DNA of 64,000 nucleotides from Podarcis erhardii (taxonomy: Eukaryota): assembly GCA_964252035.1 (NCBI GenBank), contig OZ176200.1; one strand, written 5' to 3'. The position numbers were made by a program, and so were the translations under genes. Position 1 is the first letter of the stretch; every line of letters begins with the position of its first letter. Under the pieces are notes generated by a model. It made no database searches. It worked only from the letters and a program-made list of their open reading frames with translations, and was not told where the DNA came from. Positions 11,616 through 23,935 of the stretch are shown piece by piece.

Positions 11616-12184
11616 CCCTGCCCATCTGACTGGTTGCCCCATCCACTCTGGGTGGCTTTGGGCTCCTTGGACGACAGCTTTGGACTCTTCCACTCCTTGA
11701 ACTGTTTCCGTTCCAGCTGATCATTATAAGAAGTAGGAGCAATTGCATACCCGCCACCATTTTCAGAGGGACATAGCCACCCTCCACAATCCTGCCACCC
11801 ACTTTGCTCGCCTGCTCATACCCATCAAATGCCTTACAGCTGTCATCTTTGCCCCACTTCTTTTTTTCAGGCATTGTCACCTTCCCCTACCCTCTGTTCC
11901 AAGCTTGTCATGTGTCATAGGATGGCGATGTTCAGAACTGGCTGCTTAGCTCTTTGCATTGTGAATCAGGTCCAGAAGCAGGAGTGCCAACTTGGCCCCA
12001 TGACCATGGGTGCCCGGAGGCTGTGGGTGCTATGCAGCGTGCATGGCCCTGGCACCCAGATTTGTGGGTGCCAGGATCCTTCATGGGGAATTTTTGTGGG
12101 ATGTGTTACATCAGTACAGTCTATTACAACATGCTTTACTTCCTAGAGTGGACAGGATATGTAGTTTCCTGTTCCTCTTGTAAA

Positions 12185-12237
12185 TGACTCAGCAGGTGAG
12201 TGGGACTTTATAAAAAGCAAAGTCACGCAGCCATTTT
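12185..12237 (+). promoter_or_regulatory. Candidate promoter/enhancer motif cluster (ARE/AP-1, TATA, YY1-like)
   Basis: TGACTCAGCA 12185-12194, TATAAAA 12209-12215, GCCATTTT 12230-12237; overlaps a consensus donor CAG|GTGAGT. Confidence 0.3.
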
Positions 12238-14938
12238 GCCTTCTGTTCGATTTCAGCTCTATTTGATTCAGTTCAGTTAAATTGCTGGCTGTCAGCCAGC
12301 AGCACTTAGGCCCATCCTCACAAAGGATGTGAGCCACGTTATATCTTTGTAATCTGAAGCTTCAAGCTTGCTTTTTAGGATGTGTACTGTGAACAACTTG
12401 TGAGTAAACTTATTGTTATACTTTTAAAGACAGACTCGTGAGTCTTTATTGTATTTTAAGAGGGAGAAAAGAGGACACCAGGAGTAATCCACCTGGGCAA
12501 CCCAGATTGGATTAGTCAACTAGCTTCCGTGAATATAGAGGGGATTTGCTCTGCTACATCACTCACTAGAGTGAGTGAAGGAAGGATAACACTTAACAAA
12601 TATTTCCTTGCCTATTATCCTAAACATCCCCACAATTTAGTGGGTGCTCAAGCACCCAGGGCCCCAGGGAATTGGCACCTATGTTCAGAAGTGTCCTTGT
12701 CAGGTGTAAGTAAGCTTCCTAGCAGTTGGGTTGCTGGTTCTTAATGGTTGCCGACTCCCCCTTCACCACCCCAAGCCATTTTTGGGGGGTAGGGAAAGGA
12801 GGAAATTCCCGCTGCACTAGTGGAAGTCATTGCACAGGCTTCCACTAGTGAGACTGGTCAACGCCTGAGGCAGGAGCGCTTGAATGCTTGAGACAGGAGT
12901 GCTTCGTGTGCCCCTCCTGGTTCGCTCTCTGCTGGCAGAGGGCACTCTGGGTGCCACAGAGAATGGATGCCCTGGCGTTGTTCAGCTGGCCTGAGTGTTT
13001 ATTCCAGGGTGCCACCAGGAGGACTAGGCACTTTGAGTGAAAACGCACAAGTAACGCAAGAGTCACAAAACCTCAGAACCGAGAATCATACGTACCAAGG
13101 AGGATGCAAACTATTCAGACTAGTCAGTTGAATCCCACCCTATAACTCAGTTTTCTGACTACATTTTACTGCTCCTTTTTCTCATTGAAAGTTTGCTATC
13201 TGCAATAAGATACACAAATCTGAGGCAGTTTCCAGACATGGGGAAAAGACTAAACTTTTGCATATTTGAAAGAACGAGTTCTGGAGCGCACAACAGTGTG
13301 CATATGAGGAATGCCTTGCCCGAGCCACCCCCGTTCTCCCATTACCAACAGTATTCACAGAAGCCCCGCCATCCCTTCTATCCCTGAACAAACATATTGA
13401 TATATCTCGCCTGACAATTTTACAGCCCCGGCAAGACTGTGGGATAATCGCGAGCTACACCAGCCCGATATATTTTGCTAAGGAGTAGGAATGTCATCTT
13501 GCTCTGAAATTATTTTTCTGCGAAAGGCAAGCACAGGGTAACCAGTTTGATTTGCAGTGCTAAGGATCAAATGGGTTTTTGAGAAAAGCTGGCATTTGGC
13601 TACAAGCCACACTCTGGGTCATAAATTACACAGGCAGCTTGATCACGAGAAGCAAATCTGTTTGTTTTATGCCTTTGCTCCTGGTGATTGGGTTACATTT
13701 TTTTGCTTTGTATTATACCTAAGTGCCACTGTTCTTTCCATTCAGCCTTCAGAAAGATTCTGGTTTGTACATGCCTCTGCAGGGCCAGCCCAAGACATTT
13801 TGCTGCTTGAGAAGAAGGAAAAGACTGTGTGCACTCAACTGTATTGACAGTTGGATCTTTCTTCAGCACTGCGGCACATCATCCACAGCACTTGAGGGAA
13901 GCAGAGAGTTCAGGGCAGGGTGCAGGTCACACGGAACTTGGGATTCTGTCCTTCAGCACCTCAGCATTGCTCTTCGCTGCAGGACTGAAGTTTGCCTCAC
14001 AACTTCCTTTTTCTGGAGGCCTCTGGTTGGGCTGAATGATTATAAATTAATTACCAATCAATTGCCAATATCCTGTAAACAAAGGCTCCACCCTGGAATG
14101 AGGCTCTAGATCTTGTGAAAAGGTGATGATTGCTTTGCGCCTCAGGGAATCCCAGTCCACACAACAACGAAGGGTTTAAGACAGCTAAATCTGTGGTAGA
14201 AAAGAGAAGCTATAGCATGTTCATACTCACTCCATTTGAGAAATTGGAAATTGACAGAAAGGAAAAATGACTGGCTTGCCCATTCCTACCTGCGGGGGGG
14301 GGGGGGAGGAAGAACTGGGAGAAATCACATCCTGTCTTCCATTTGCAATCACTGAGAGGAACCCCATTTTGCAAGTGGAACTCCACTCAAAGATCTCAGG
14401 ATCCAACCCTTCGCCAGCGCCACCTGTGTGCACTGGCATACAGTGTGCTGCAGGAAATCTACTTGACATTAACACGCTTCCTAATAGCTTTGGTTTTTAT
14501 TGCCCAATTCGTATGGTTTGCCTACTCTTCCCATCTTCAATGATCCAATCTGTTCCTAATACACACTAGGCCTTTTGAGGAAATTGACAAATTCCCCAGT
14601 TACATTGTGGTTTAATGTTGCATTTCATCATTCCCTGTAAAACACACCACAGGAATAACTTGCCTTCAGCAGAAGAACAGAACGTTAGAGGGATCACACT
14701 AGCTACCCTGGTGTGCTATCATTCCCCCAGGATGCCTAACCATATATAGTTTTTTGCTAGGTTTCTCCCAGAGCTCCCTTCTGAATAAAAACTGAAGAAA
14801 TGCATTTGCAGATGCCTTTTCTTCCACACTTGTGTAAACAATGGCAGGGCTACCAAATAAAGATGGTTTTCACAAACTGGAAAACAAACACAAAAATAAA
14901 CACTGATGCCTGTGAGGGTAAGAAAACTATCTGCTTTA

Positions 14939-15010
14939 AGAACATAAGAAGAGCCCCACTGGATCGAGGTCCAGGTAGTCCAACATCCTGTTCCAAGGGG
15001 AAGCCGTCAA
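14939..15010 (-). mobile_element. CR1 3' UTR fragment
   Basis: aagaacataagaagagccccactggatc, the reverse complement of the CR1 (TTCTTATG) tail. Confidence 0.75.
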
Positions 15011-15704
15011 GCAGAAACTCTCTTTGATGAGAGAGAGGCATCCTCTGGGGCAGTGAGAGGACTTTGGTGGTTTCGTATGGGCTATTTCTAATGTTACGAC
15101 CATCATGTGATAGACACTGGAACTCATTTCTGCAATGTAATGGAGCCTGACTGAAAGGACCCAATTCCTGTGTTTCACTGTGCAGTGTGGGAATCTGCAG
15201 TCAAAATAACTTTGTATGTTTTGCTAATTGTGGATATGAAGTAGCTAAGACGCAGAGTTCCTGATTGCTAGAGAGGGCACTGTGTGACATCATTTCCCTT
15301 GAGTTCTATGGCAGGAAGAAGACAAAAGGGTTTAATCCTTTCTACTTCCCTTGCCTCAGAACTCAACCCCTTTTTTCCGCCATGCTTATGAGGCAGACAG
15401 ATGCCTAGTCTCCACTTCAAGCAGAGACTTCATCTTGAATTTGTAATCTAGAAGTAGAATCTGCCTGCCTTGTGTTTGTTACTATCACTGCTGGAATCAA
15501 GTGCAAGACTTTATGTAAGTAAATGCTATTTCTATGCTTAATTTACAGTCTGTTGTGTGATTCTCGTAATTAAGAGGGAGAAGGGGGAAATCCAATCTGT
15601 TACCACAGCTTAGATAAATTGCAAAAAGGCTACACAACCTAGTCTCAAAGTTTCTAATTTAAAGCCAACTGAACTGGCAGCTGCATCTTATGTCATTACT
15701 GGTA

Positions 15705-15922
15705 CAGTGGTACCTCGGGTTAAGAACTTAATTCATTCTGGAGGTCCGTTCTTAACCTGAAACTGTTCTTAACCTGAGGTACCACTTTAGCTAATGGGGC
15801 CTCCCGCTGCCGCCGCTGCACGATTTCTGTTCTCATCCTGAAGCAAAGTTCTGAACCCGAGGTACTACTTCTGGGTTAGCTGAGTCTGTAACCTGAAGCG
15901 TCTGTAACCTGAGGTACCACTG
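15705..15922. mobile_element. Tigger/pogo-like MITE, complete
   Basis: TA|CAGTGGTACCTCGGGTTA...TAACCTGAGGTACCACTG|TA: TIRs plus TA TSD. Confidence 0.92.
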
Positions 15923-17479
15923 TAATGGTATGAAATCATCCACTGCACCAGAGGGCAGCAGACTTGTTTAGGGGACATAAGACATGTCCTCTCTTTAAAC
16001 AGTAAAGAATGACCCAGGAGGCTCAGGAACAACAACCAGAAGGTGGCCACTGCTGCCTTTCCCTGAGGCTGCCACCCCATTCCACCTAACAGTAGGGGCG
16101 GCCCTGCCTCTAAACCATAAACAGTAGAACCAAAAAAAGGTATGACCAGCAGTAACTTCTCACATACCATTTTAAGAGCTTTGTAGAACAGCCCTACCTT
16201 CCCTGCATGGTCAAAAATGTAAACAGGGTGTTTTGAAGATTGGTGGATCAGATGTTCTTTTTCCACCTTCTCTTATCAAAAGTTAACCCAATGTGGGTAA
16301 CTTTATACAATCATTAAAGCAAAGTAGCAATGAACCAAGCTTAAAGCGGACAGGGAATTCAAGTACAGCACCTTAAAAGATCAAAGCTACATAGCTCCCC
16401 TCCCCCCCAAAAAAATACCAAAGTATATTCATCAAAGACAGGATGCTCCTGTTAAATATAACCACCAGCCTTTCACAGGATATGACCACATAAATTGCTC
16501 TTAGTCATTGTTGAATCAAGGATGAAGAACAGTAAATCGAGGATGGAGATTTGTGGCCCCAGCCATGTTAACTGGAGCTAATGTGAGTTTGAGTCCTAAC
16601 TACATCCAGAAGCCACAGGACCCCCCATCCCTGTTTTAAATGCTGATGGAAAGAGACAGCCTGAGTTACAGGGGTGATTTCTACATATGCTCATTAATTC
16701 CCCCACTTGCAGACACACTTCTTCTGACAGTTGTTAATATTAAGCTTTTTTCATTCTTCATCCTTTTCCTACTTGACCATATTAAAAAAAATATGACTCA
16801 GCTTCTCTTTACTTATGATCACAACAGACGGTCTTCAAAAGATTAGTGTCTTTTAAAATTCCATGATGGCTGGGTTGTTTTTAAAGACTGCACTCTTGCA
16901 GAGTCTAATTGACTAGATCAAAGACAGAGCCACTGTGGGTTACAATTTTCATGTCTAACCTTCCTTAAATGTGCCAAAATCAACCCATGCCATGCAGCTC
17001 AGTTGGAATAATGTCACTCAATATTTACTCCCTATCTTAATTCTTAAGATGTTGTCAAAATAAGAGAGAGGGAGAGAGAGGGAGAGAGGGACTATCCCTT
17101 GGCTTTTAACAAATGCATGACTGAGGAATGCATACTGAATGGGACTGATACCAGCCTCAATAAAGAGCCAATTGTATTGGGTTGGATTCAGACTTAGGTA
17201 TGCTTAGAGTAGACACACTAAAATGAGTTAGTCATGAAGAGATTAGTTATTCCAATGTGTACTCAAACATGATGGGTAGAGCAATCCAAACTCGAGAGAG
17301 AGAGAGCATAACTGATACGGTGGTAAATTATGCAGTAAAATTTGCCCCATTCCAAACTCCATTCAAGAATGAGGTTACTGCCAGCCAAGCCTGAACCTGG
17401 CAGAGGAGAACAAGCCTTTAAAACAGCGTTTGACTTCCACCACCCTTTTTGTCAGTGTAACTTGCATTGGGTGGAAGTT

Positions 17480-17935
17480 CATGGGACTGAGCCGAACAGT
17501 TTTTGTCTTGTTCAGATGCCACCGGATGCCATTTTTAATTAAGACAGTGGATTGAAATGCTCCAAGCCACAGCAATGGGACACGTTTGGCGCTCAATTTG
17601 GCATGACAGTTCCTAACATGGAGGACTGAGTTTTGGTTTATGTTTCGACAGTTTCAGGTGCCATTTGGAATCAAGACGGTGGGTCATCTTCTCATATATC
17701 TCAAGATATCTTTTGTCCAATCTGGCATGCCAATTCCCAAGATCGAAGAGCAGACTTTGGTGTACATTTGGACACCACTGGATGCCATTTTGAATCAAGA
17801 TGGCAAACCAAAGCATTCCAAGCTGCACCAATTTGGAGACCTTTTCCGATATCATGCACAATTTAATACAATGGTTCACAAGATGGAGAGGCCAGTTTTG
17901 TCTATGTTTGAATACTGTGCACCTTGATTAGGAGC
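17480..17935. mobile_element. Old DNA-transposon-like remnant (family uncertain)
   Basis: Repeated gccattttgaatcaagatggc-type motifs; no termini recognised. Confidence 0.35.
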
Positions 17936-18224
17936 ACGGCATATCTGCTGTTCTACTTCAGGCAGCAAAATGTCTTGGGCCAGCCCAATTTGGGATCATT
18001 TCATTTTCATCATTTCCTCAGAGAAAGTTCCAAATACACACACACACAACACAAACACATCACAAGAGCTAGGCATAGGATACCATATTACCTAATCTAG
18101 ATACTAAAGAAAATCTGAAAAACATACGGCACTCTTCACCAAATCAGATACTTTAGGCTTAAAGCCATCCAAAGTGTTTGCTCCCATGACTTTGTAACAA
18201 GAATGTCTGGAATATTGTTGCTTG

Positions 18225-18500
18225 TGTGCCAAGGCCCCATGACCTGCAGTTCCCTAGTGATTAATAAACACACAGACACCAGTATTCAGGTTTATGGGTT
18301 CAAATAGGTTGCAACTTTACTGGTTACAGATGTGAGCAGTTTGGCTTAGACATTGGGTGAAGCCAGGCTACATCTTGACTCCTGCCCATCTGCAGGGAGT
18401 CCATCTAAGGGTAAACCACCAATAGAGGGAGCCCTATGACTTACATCAAATAGGGGCACCTGAGGGGTCAGCGGACTTGTCCTCAGTGAATCCACAATTG
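18225..18500 (+). mobile_element. Diverged relative of repeat A of the 24094-25377 element
   Basis: aataaacacacagacacc...caactttactggtt...tttggcttagacattggg parallels aataaagacacaggagac...caactttattgatt...attggccttaggcattggc. Confidence 0.5.
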
Positions 18501-18620
18501 TCCTACATCTTATTTCAGACATCTTTAAGTATTTCAGCAGTTGCCATATTGCCCTCTAATCTTCCACTCCTCAAGCCATGACGTTGCAGCTGGTGGAAAT
18601 AAAACATGCAATACGTAACC

Positions 18621-18621
<1 letters not shown>

Positions 18622-18670
<49 letters not shown>
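18622..18670 (+). repeat. (TAT)n microsatellite
   Basis: About 16 perfect units. Confidence 0.97.
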
Positions 18671-19214
18671 TCTCTAACTGCAGGAAACCATTATGGTAGG
18701 AATGCTTCTATACCAATGGGGAATATTCCGGGAGCAAATCTAGATGTGCAGTTATATGCAATCTAAAACAGGGGTTGGGAATCTATGGCCCTCCAAATGT
18801 TGCTAACCTAAAGCTCCCATCATCCTGGACCAAGGGCTGTACCAGCTGGGGCAGGGTGACACTGGAATCTGACAGTATCTGCAGGGTACCAAGCCACCTC
18901 ATGCTGCATCAATCCTCAGGGACATGTAAATGCTCTACAGCCAATGGTGTGTGCATATGAGTGAGCACATATATACAGGTTGTGCATGACAAATAACGTT
19001 TGTGGCTGACAAGCTGCAATGTATGCTAGAGATGCATTGCTGGGATATATAGCCTATAGTAGATGGTTGCAAAAATAGTCTTCATTCCCCAATGCAAGGA
19101 TGCTTTTAATTTGGAGTCTCAGAACTTTGTTCAGCCTCAGGCAAGCCGTTGTTCCAGTTCCTCATCTCTATGTTTGCCATCTCCCTTAAATGACAGCTTC
19201 ACTTTTCACTCCAG

Positions 19215-19275
19215 CAGCAAAAGAAACATAAGCCACGCTGCTCCAACTACTAAGGCAATTCTTGCACGTTACAAG
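19215..19275 (+). CDS. Candidate internal exon (61 nt), unidentified protein
   Basis: Acceptor cttcacttttcactccag, donor AAG|GTAAGC; single open frame SKRNISHAAPTTKAILARYK (phase 2 to 0). No homologue recognised. Confidence 0.25.
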
Positions 19276-19836
19276 GTAAGCATCCATTCGAAACCACTGC
19301 AGCTGCACTTCCTTTGTTTTAAGGGCTGCCCATTTCATTATGAATGGTTTGGAGAACTCTGCTAAATCATACTTAATGAAATGCAGTTGAGGTCTTAAAT
19401 CCAAGGCAAAGGATCCGTGGTGGTATGTTTTGTTCCTTCTCTCTTCATAACTGTGATGTAATAAATAGAATATGACTTCAATATTATTTTAGCCAATGCG
19501 CCTGTCAATATGTTATATCTTTATAACTTATTAAAGCTAACACCTAATGGAAATATCTACAGGAGTCCCAAAAAGTATAATGAACAATACATTTCTAATA
19601 CTTTGCTTTATCGCCATTGACGGAGAGAGCAAGGGAAAGGCTTATGTAGTATTCATATGCACAGCTTCACAGAAGACAGCAGAGTTATAACTAGAATTGT
19701 AAGGAACCACAATTCTTTGGCAGCATACATAAAATATGGATTTCCTCAATCTGGCCAGTAAATAATGGTGCTAATGAAAGCAGAGAATAGGAAGCACCCT
19801 AGGAAACTTTCAAATATACACTCCAGTCTACAATTA

Positions 19837-20097
19837 CGTCCCTATTTTCATTGGAGAAATGTTGCAGGTTATGGAGTTATCCAACTCCTGAACAGTCTGA
19901 AGGCAATCCTGTATAGGGAAGTTTTTAAATGTTTAATTATGTTTTTATATATGTTGGAAGCTGCCCAGAGTGGCTGTGGCAACCCAATCAGATGGGCGGA
20001 GTATAAATAGTAAAAATAACATTGTTATTGTTGTCGTTGTTATCGTTATTTAATAGGATATCCCTATTTTCGTTGGAGAGATGTTGGAGTGTATGCA
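19837..20097 (+). mobile_element. Chimeric MITE-end plus L2-type tail element
   Basis: ccctattttcattggagaaatgttg joined to ctgaaggcaatcctgtatagggaag...cagatgggcggagtataaa; same order as 53647-54000(-). Confidence 0.7.
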
Positions 20098-22280
20098 ATC
20101 TAGTATGTTGTTAGACTCTACAATTCACTGAGCTCCTTGGGAACAGGGATTGATTGTTAAAGAACTCTGGAAACTGTAGGCCTGTGAGGAGAATAAGGGT
20201 CTTCTAACAACTCTCAGAAGCCTTATCAAACTATAGTTCTCAGGATTCTTTTGGGGAAACCATGGCTAGTTTCCATGTATGGTGTGGGTGTGGATCCTGT
20301 CTATTTCCATGTAGACCTCACAGTATACAACTTACTCAGTTTTAAGGATCTAACTTATTTTTTTCCCAAAAGGGAGCCAAAATGTATTCTCCCAGCAAGA
20401 ATGTCATGCTATTGAGTTTGAATGGAAATATGCAGGGTGACTATATAAATCATGGATGTGGAATCCATGGCCATCCTGATGCTGTTGGACTACAACTCCC
20501 ATAATCCCTGACCATCATCCATGTTGCCTGGGGCCATTGAGAGTTGTACTCCAACCACATCTGAAGGGCCAAGTTTCCTCATTCCTAGTAAAGGCTAAAA
20601 TGGTATTGGGGCACTCTTTCACCAACCATAACTCTTACTTATTGGAATAGGAAGGTGATTCAGACATACCAGTACCCCAGAAACATCATCATAGCTACTC
20701 TGCTCTTACAGTATGGGGATAATAATTAAACAGTGCCATGTTTTGCAAGGAAGGGCACAAGATAGGGTTAACTGGATTAGATTCTTAGTCATCCTCTTGT
20801 CTGTTAGATAATTGCAAAAGAAGAGGATTAACTCAGGAAGAGAATTAATTACCGTGTTTTGGTTACAGTGAATAGCTGAGGTCATTATGTGGTTTTTAAT
20901 TAAACTGTTGGTTGATTTTTCTTTAATTGTTTTTGAATATGTTATATAGCTGCAATCCTTTATTGTTATTGTTGAGTATGTATGTGTCTTTTTTAAAAAA
21001 AATGATTATGTGAAGAGCCCTTGTGGATTCTGACCCCGAAATGAATCATAACATCCATTTAATGACACTTTAAAACCAAGGTAGGTTTTAATCTCTGAAA
21101 CAGACATGTCTCTTCATGGTTTTTTTTAAGAGATCAGTTTACTAATGGGGCATATGCTGAAGATGTAGGTATATAGGAAACTGTTGTATAGTGTGTAGAC
21201 CATCAGATTCATCTAGTTTAGCAGTTTAGTTTAGCTTATCATCTAGACTTCCAGTGGCTCTCTAGGGTTTCAGACAGGGAAATCACATGGTAAATCACAC
21301 AGCTCAACGCTGGAGTTAACGCTTTGTTAGCAAAATAAAGTCTTCACAGACTTAGCTGAGTGTGAGGCCTATTGTGCACAGCAGCTCATCCCCAATAGGT
21401 CCCGTATGCCCCCCTGCATCAGCTGCCAAGACTGAAAGTCCCCGCCACCCCACAGCCGTCTAAGTCCTCTTCTCTCCTCTTCCAAGCAATCAGAGACTAC
21501 ACCTGCATGCAGCCCACCACTGCTCCACTCATTTCAGCACTCTTCTGGTCTGGGAGACAAGCAGTGAAGTTGGGATGTCAGAATTAAAGCCTAGGCATAC
21601 ACTATGCACATAAAGCACAAGGCAACACCCATATTAAGGTGGGTGGCGGCAAAAGAATGTGCTTCACTGATACACGGGCCCTCCTCCCTCCAGTTACATT
21701 TCCAGACCGGGACCCATTGTGTCCCCCTCCCCCAAGCTAGGTCAAGTGCTTATATAATAGGAGTGTTGAGCCTTTTTTCATCCCAAGGGCCCAACTCCTT
21801 CTGGGGGAGCACATTCCACAAGAGGTGAGGGTCAGAGGCAAAAGTGGGCTCAACCAGAAGCAACAGCAAGCAAAACAATGGACCTTTGAACCACAGGCAG
21901 CACATCAAAGACAAAAGTTTCTACACACACACACACACGCCTCCATCCTGCACATAGGCAAACATGCTGCATCATCACAATTCAGTAGAACAGCCAAACA
22001 AAAGCACTCTGAGGGATGCAGTTCAAGGCTATTAGGGATATGACTTAGGGAGGTGTGTGACCTGGTGGAAATCCTGAGGGCTAGATAGAAAAGCAACAAG
22101 GACTGAGGTTCCCAACCTTAAATACCCTGGAAATTGACTTTAAGAGACCATCTTGAAGTAACACCATGCTTCTCAACAATTTCTTTGTTGTCCCTTCAGG
22201 ACCTGATCAAGATGTGTGTGTATGGGTGTGAGAGAGAAATCCTTTGCCCTGATGCCTGTAAAATATTATTCGTCATTCAG

Positions 22281-22316
22281 GAGAGCAGTTCCATTTTGAA
22301 ATCAAGTAAAGATGAA
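22281..22316 (+). CDS. Candidate 36-nt exon (ESSSILKSSKDE)
   Basis: Acceptor ttattcgtcattcag, donor GAA|GTGAGT; phase 0-0, compatible with 19215-19275. Confidence 0.2.
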
Positions 22317-23935
22317 GTGAGTCTGATAGTGGAAGGTTTCATTCCCCCCCCCCATTCTAAGAGATAAAACCCTGCGCTTTGTCCTCCCCTTTCTTACATC
22401 AGCTGTGATTTATGTAGTGTTTGAATTAACAGTAATGGGCAAATGGCAACAGCCCAGTAGCTCTTTGTACCCAACCACAAACATAAAGTAAGCAGTTGTG
22501 TGCCCCTGTCTTCAGGGCCTGATTGCAGATCTTAACCTGATGTGCTCATTATGCCGCAGAGACAAGTCAAGCTTTAGGATAAATGTGAGCATCCCATCAT
22601 CATCATCATAAATAACAATCATCTCACTGAGCAATGAAGTTAAGTGGGAGTTTATTTCCCATGGATTTCCACCCTCTTTAACTGCCCACACTTGCCAAGG
22701 AAACAGCGTATTTACAAGAATTTTTAAATGTCATGAATTAAGAATTGATGGCTCAGTGGGAAGTCTTCGATGCGCCAGGTTCAGCAGACTACAATTAATT
22801 TTCAAGTTTATCTGTTGCTGTGATCTGCAGGGATGCCTCCACATGGAAGCAACTTGGAACTACAGCCGCTCAGCTGCTATTTCACACAGTACTTCTTTGG
22901 TTCATGATACAGATTGGGTCTGAGCTAAGTTGCAGGTGTATTTGATGGCAATATGAAATCTTGGGATGTGGCTGACATTCTCTGTTCTTGGGATTGGAAG
23001 CAACTTCAGGAGCCCATAAAAGCTCTCCTCAAAGGAGACATGAGGTTTACATGCCCCAAAATTCTTCTCCGGCTTGGATCAGAATTTGAGGCTAAGAAGA
23101 ATTCCTGGCTGACTCCATTTCCATCTCTTTCCCCATTAACCCACCCAAGAAATTGCACTCCCCCTTTCCTCCACTTACCTTGCAAAACTGGAACATAATA
23201 AGCTACCTTTACGGAGACAGATCATTGGTCCATCCAGCAATAAGGTATTGCCCTGAACCTGATATTTTCTGCCCCTGGATTTATTCTCCCTTTCTCTCTT
23301 CTAGGGAAAGACATACCTTGGATGCCTTAGCATGCTCTGTGTAAAAGGAACACACATTTCCTTGGCTTTGCTTTGCCCCCTAATTACCCAAATATTTCCC
23401 CACATTTCTCTCCATACTGTTAGCTTCCCAACATTTTAAAGCCCTGCAATACAATTGCAGTTTATAAGGAAAATAATGTGAGAAATTAGCTTCCTTCTTC
23501 TTGGCTCTATGAATGCCAACACTTTTACTTACTTGCTCCTCTTTAGCAACATAAAATGCACAACTGTATTAACCCTTACCTTAATAATCCAGGCCTTCTG
23601 TGTTTTAAGCCTTCATGAACATGAAAAGTACAATTAACACCTGACCTTCATAGCATATCTGCTGAGTTCTGCAGAAGAAAACCTGATAAGAAATACAATT
23701 GTGTTTATAATAGTAAAATTGTTCTTAGTTTTTCCCCCTTCCCAAGTAATAGCATCTTGAATTTTCTAACAGATGAAAATTACTGTATTCTGTTTTAAAG
23801 TTTTAGCAAGTGTCACTCTGTTACCACACTTTTCAGCTTTCTGAGTCTACTACCCATAGCACCACAGTTGTCTTGGGTGCACCAAACCTTTAACATGCAT
23901 GAATTACAACTTTATGAATGTTACCAAATTCAAAA

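Noticed and set aside
11332-11880. 182-aa ORF with poly-Val/Ala, and polyQ/polyL frames
   Set aside because: Produced by a CAG/CAA microsatellite at an L2-type tail; the plus-strand Gln frame has a stop at its start and no splice context.
14343-14543. 66-aa ORF with a hydrophobic, membrane-like stretch
   Set aside because: Starts at a non-ATG codon, T-rich DNA readily gives hydrophobic peptides, and no splice support was found.
15186-15607. Possible third solo LTR (TGTGG...CCACA)
   Set aside because: No matching TSD for any tested boundary.
23179-23187. 9-nt minus-strand microexon with perfect donor CAAG|GTAAGT
   Set aside because: The acceptor is modest, the upstream UGC motif typical of neural microexons is absent, and no partner exons were found.
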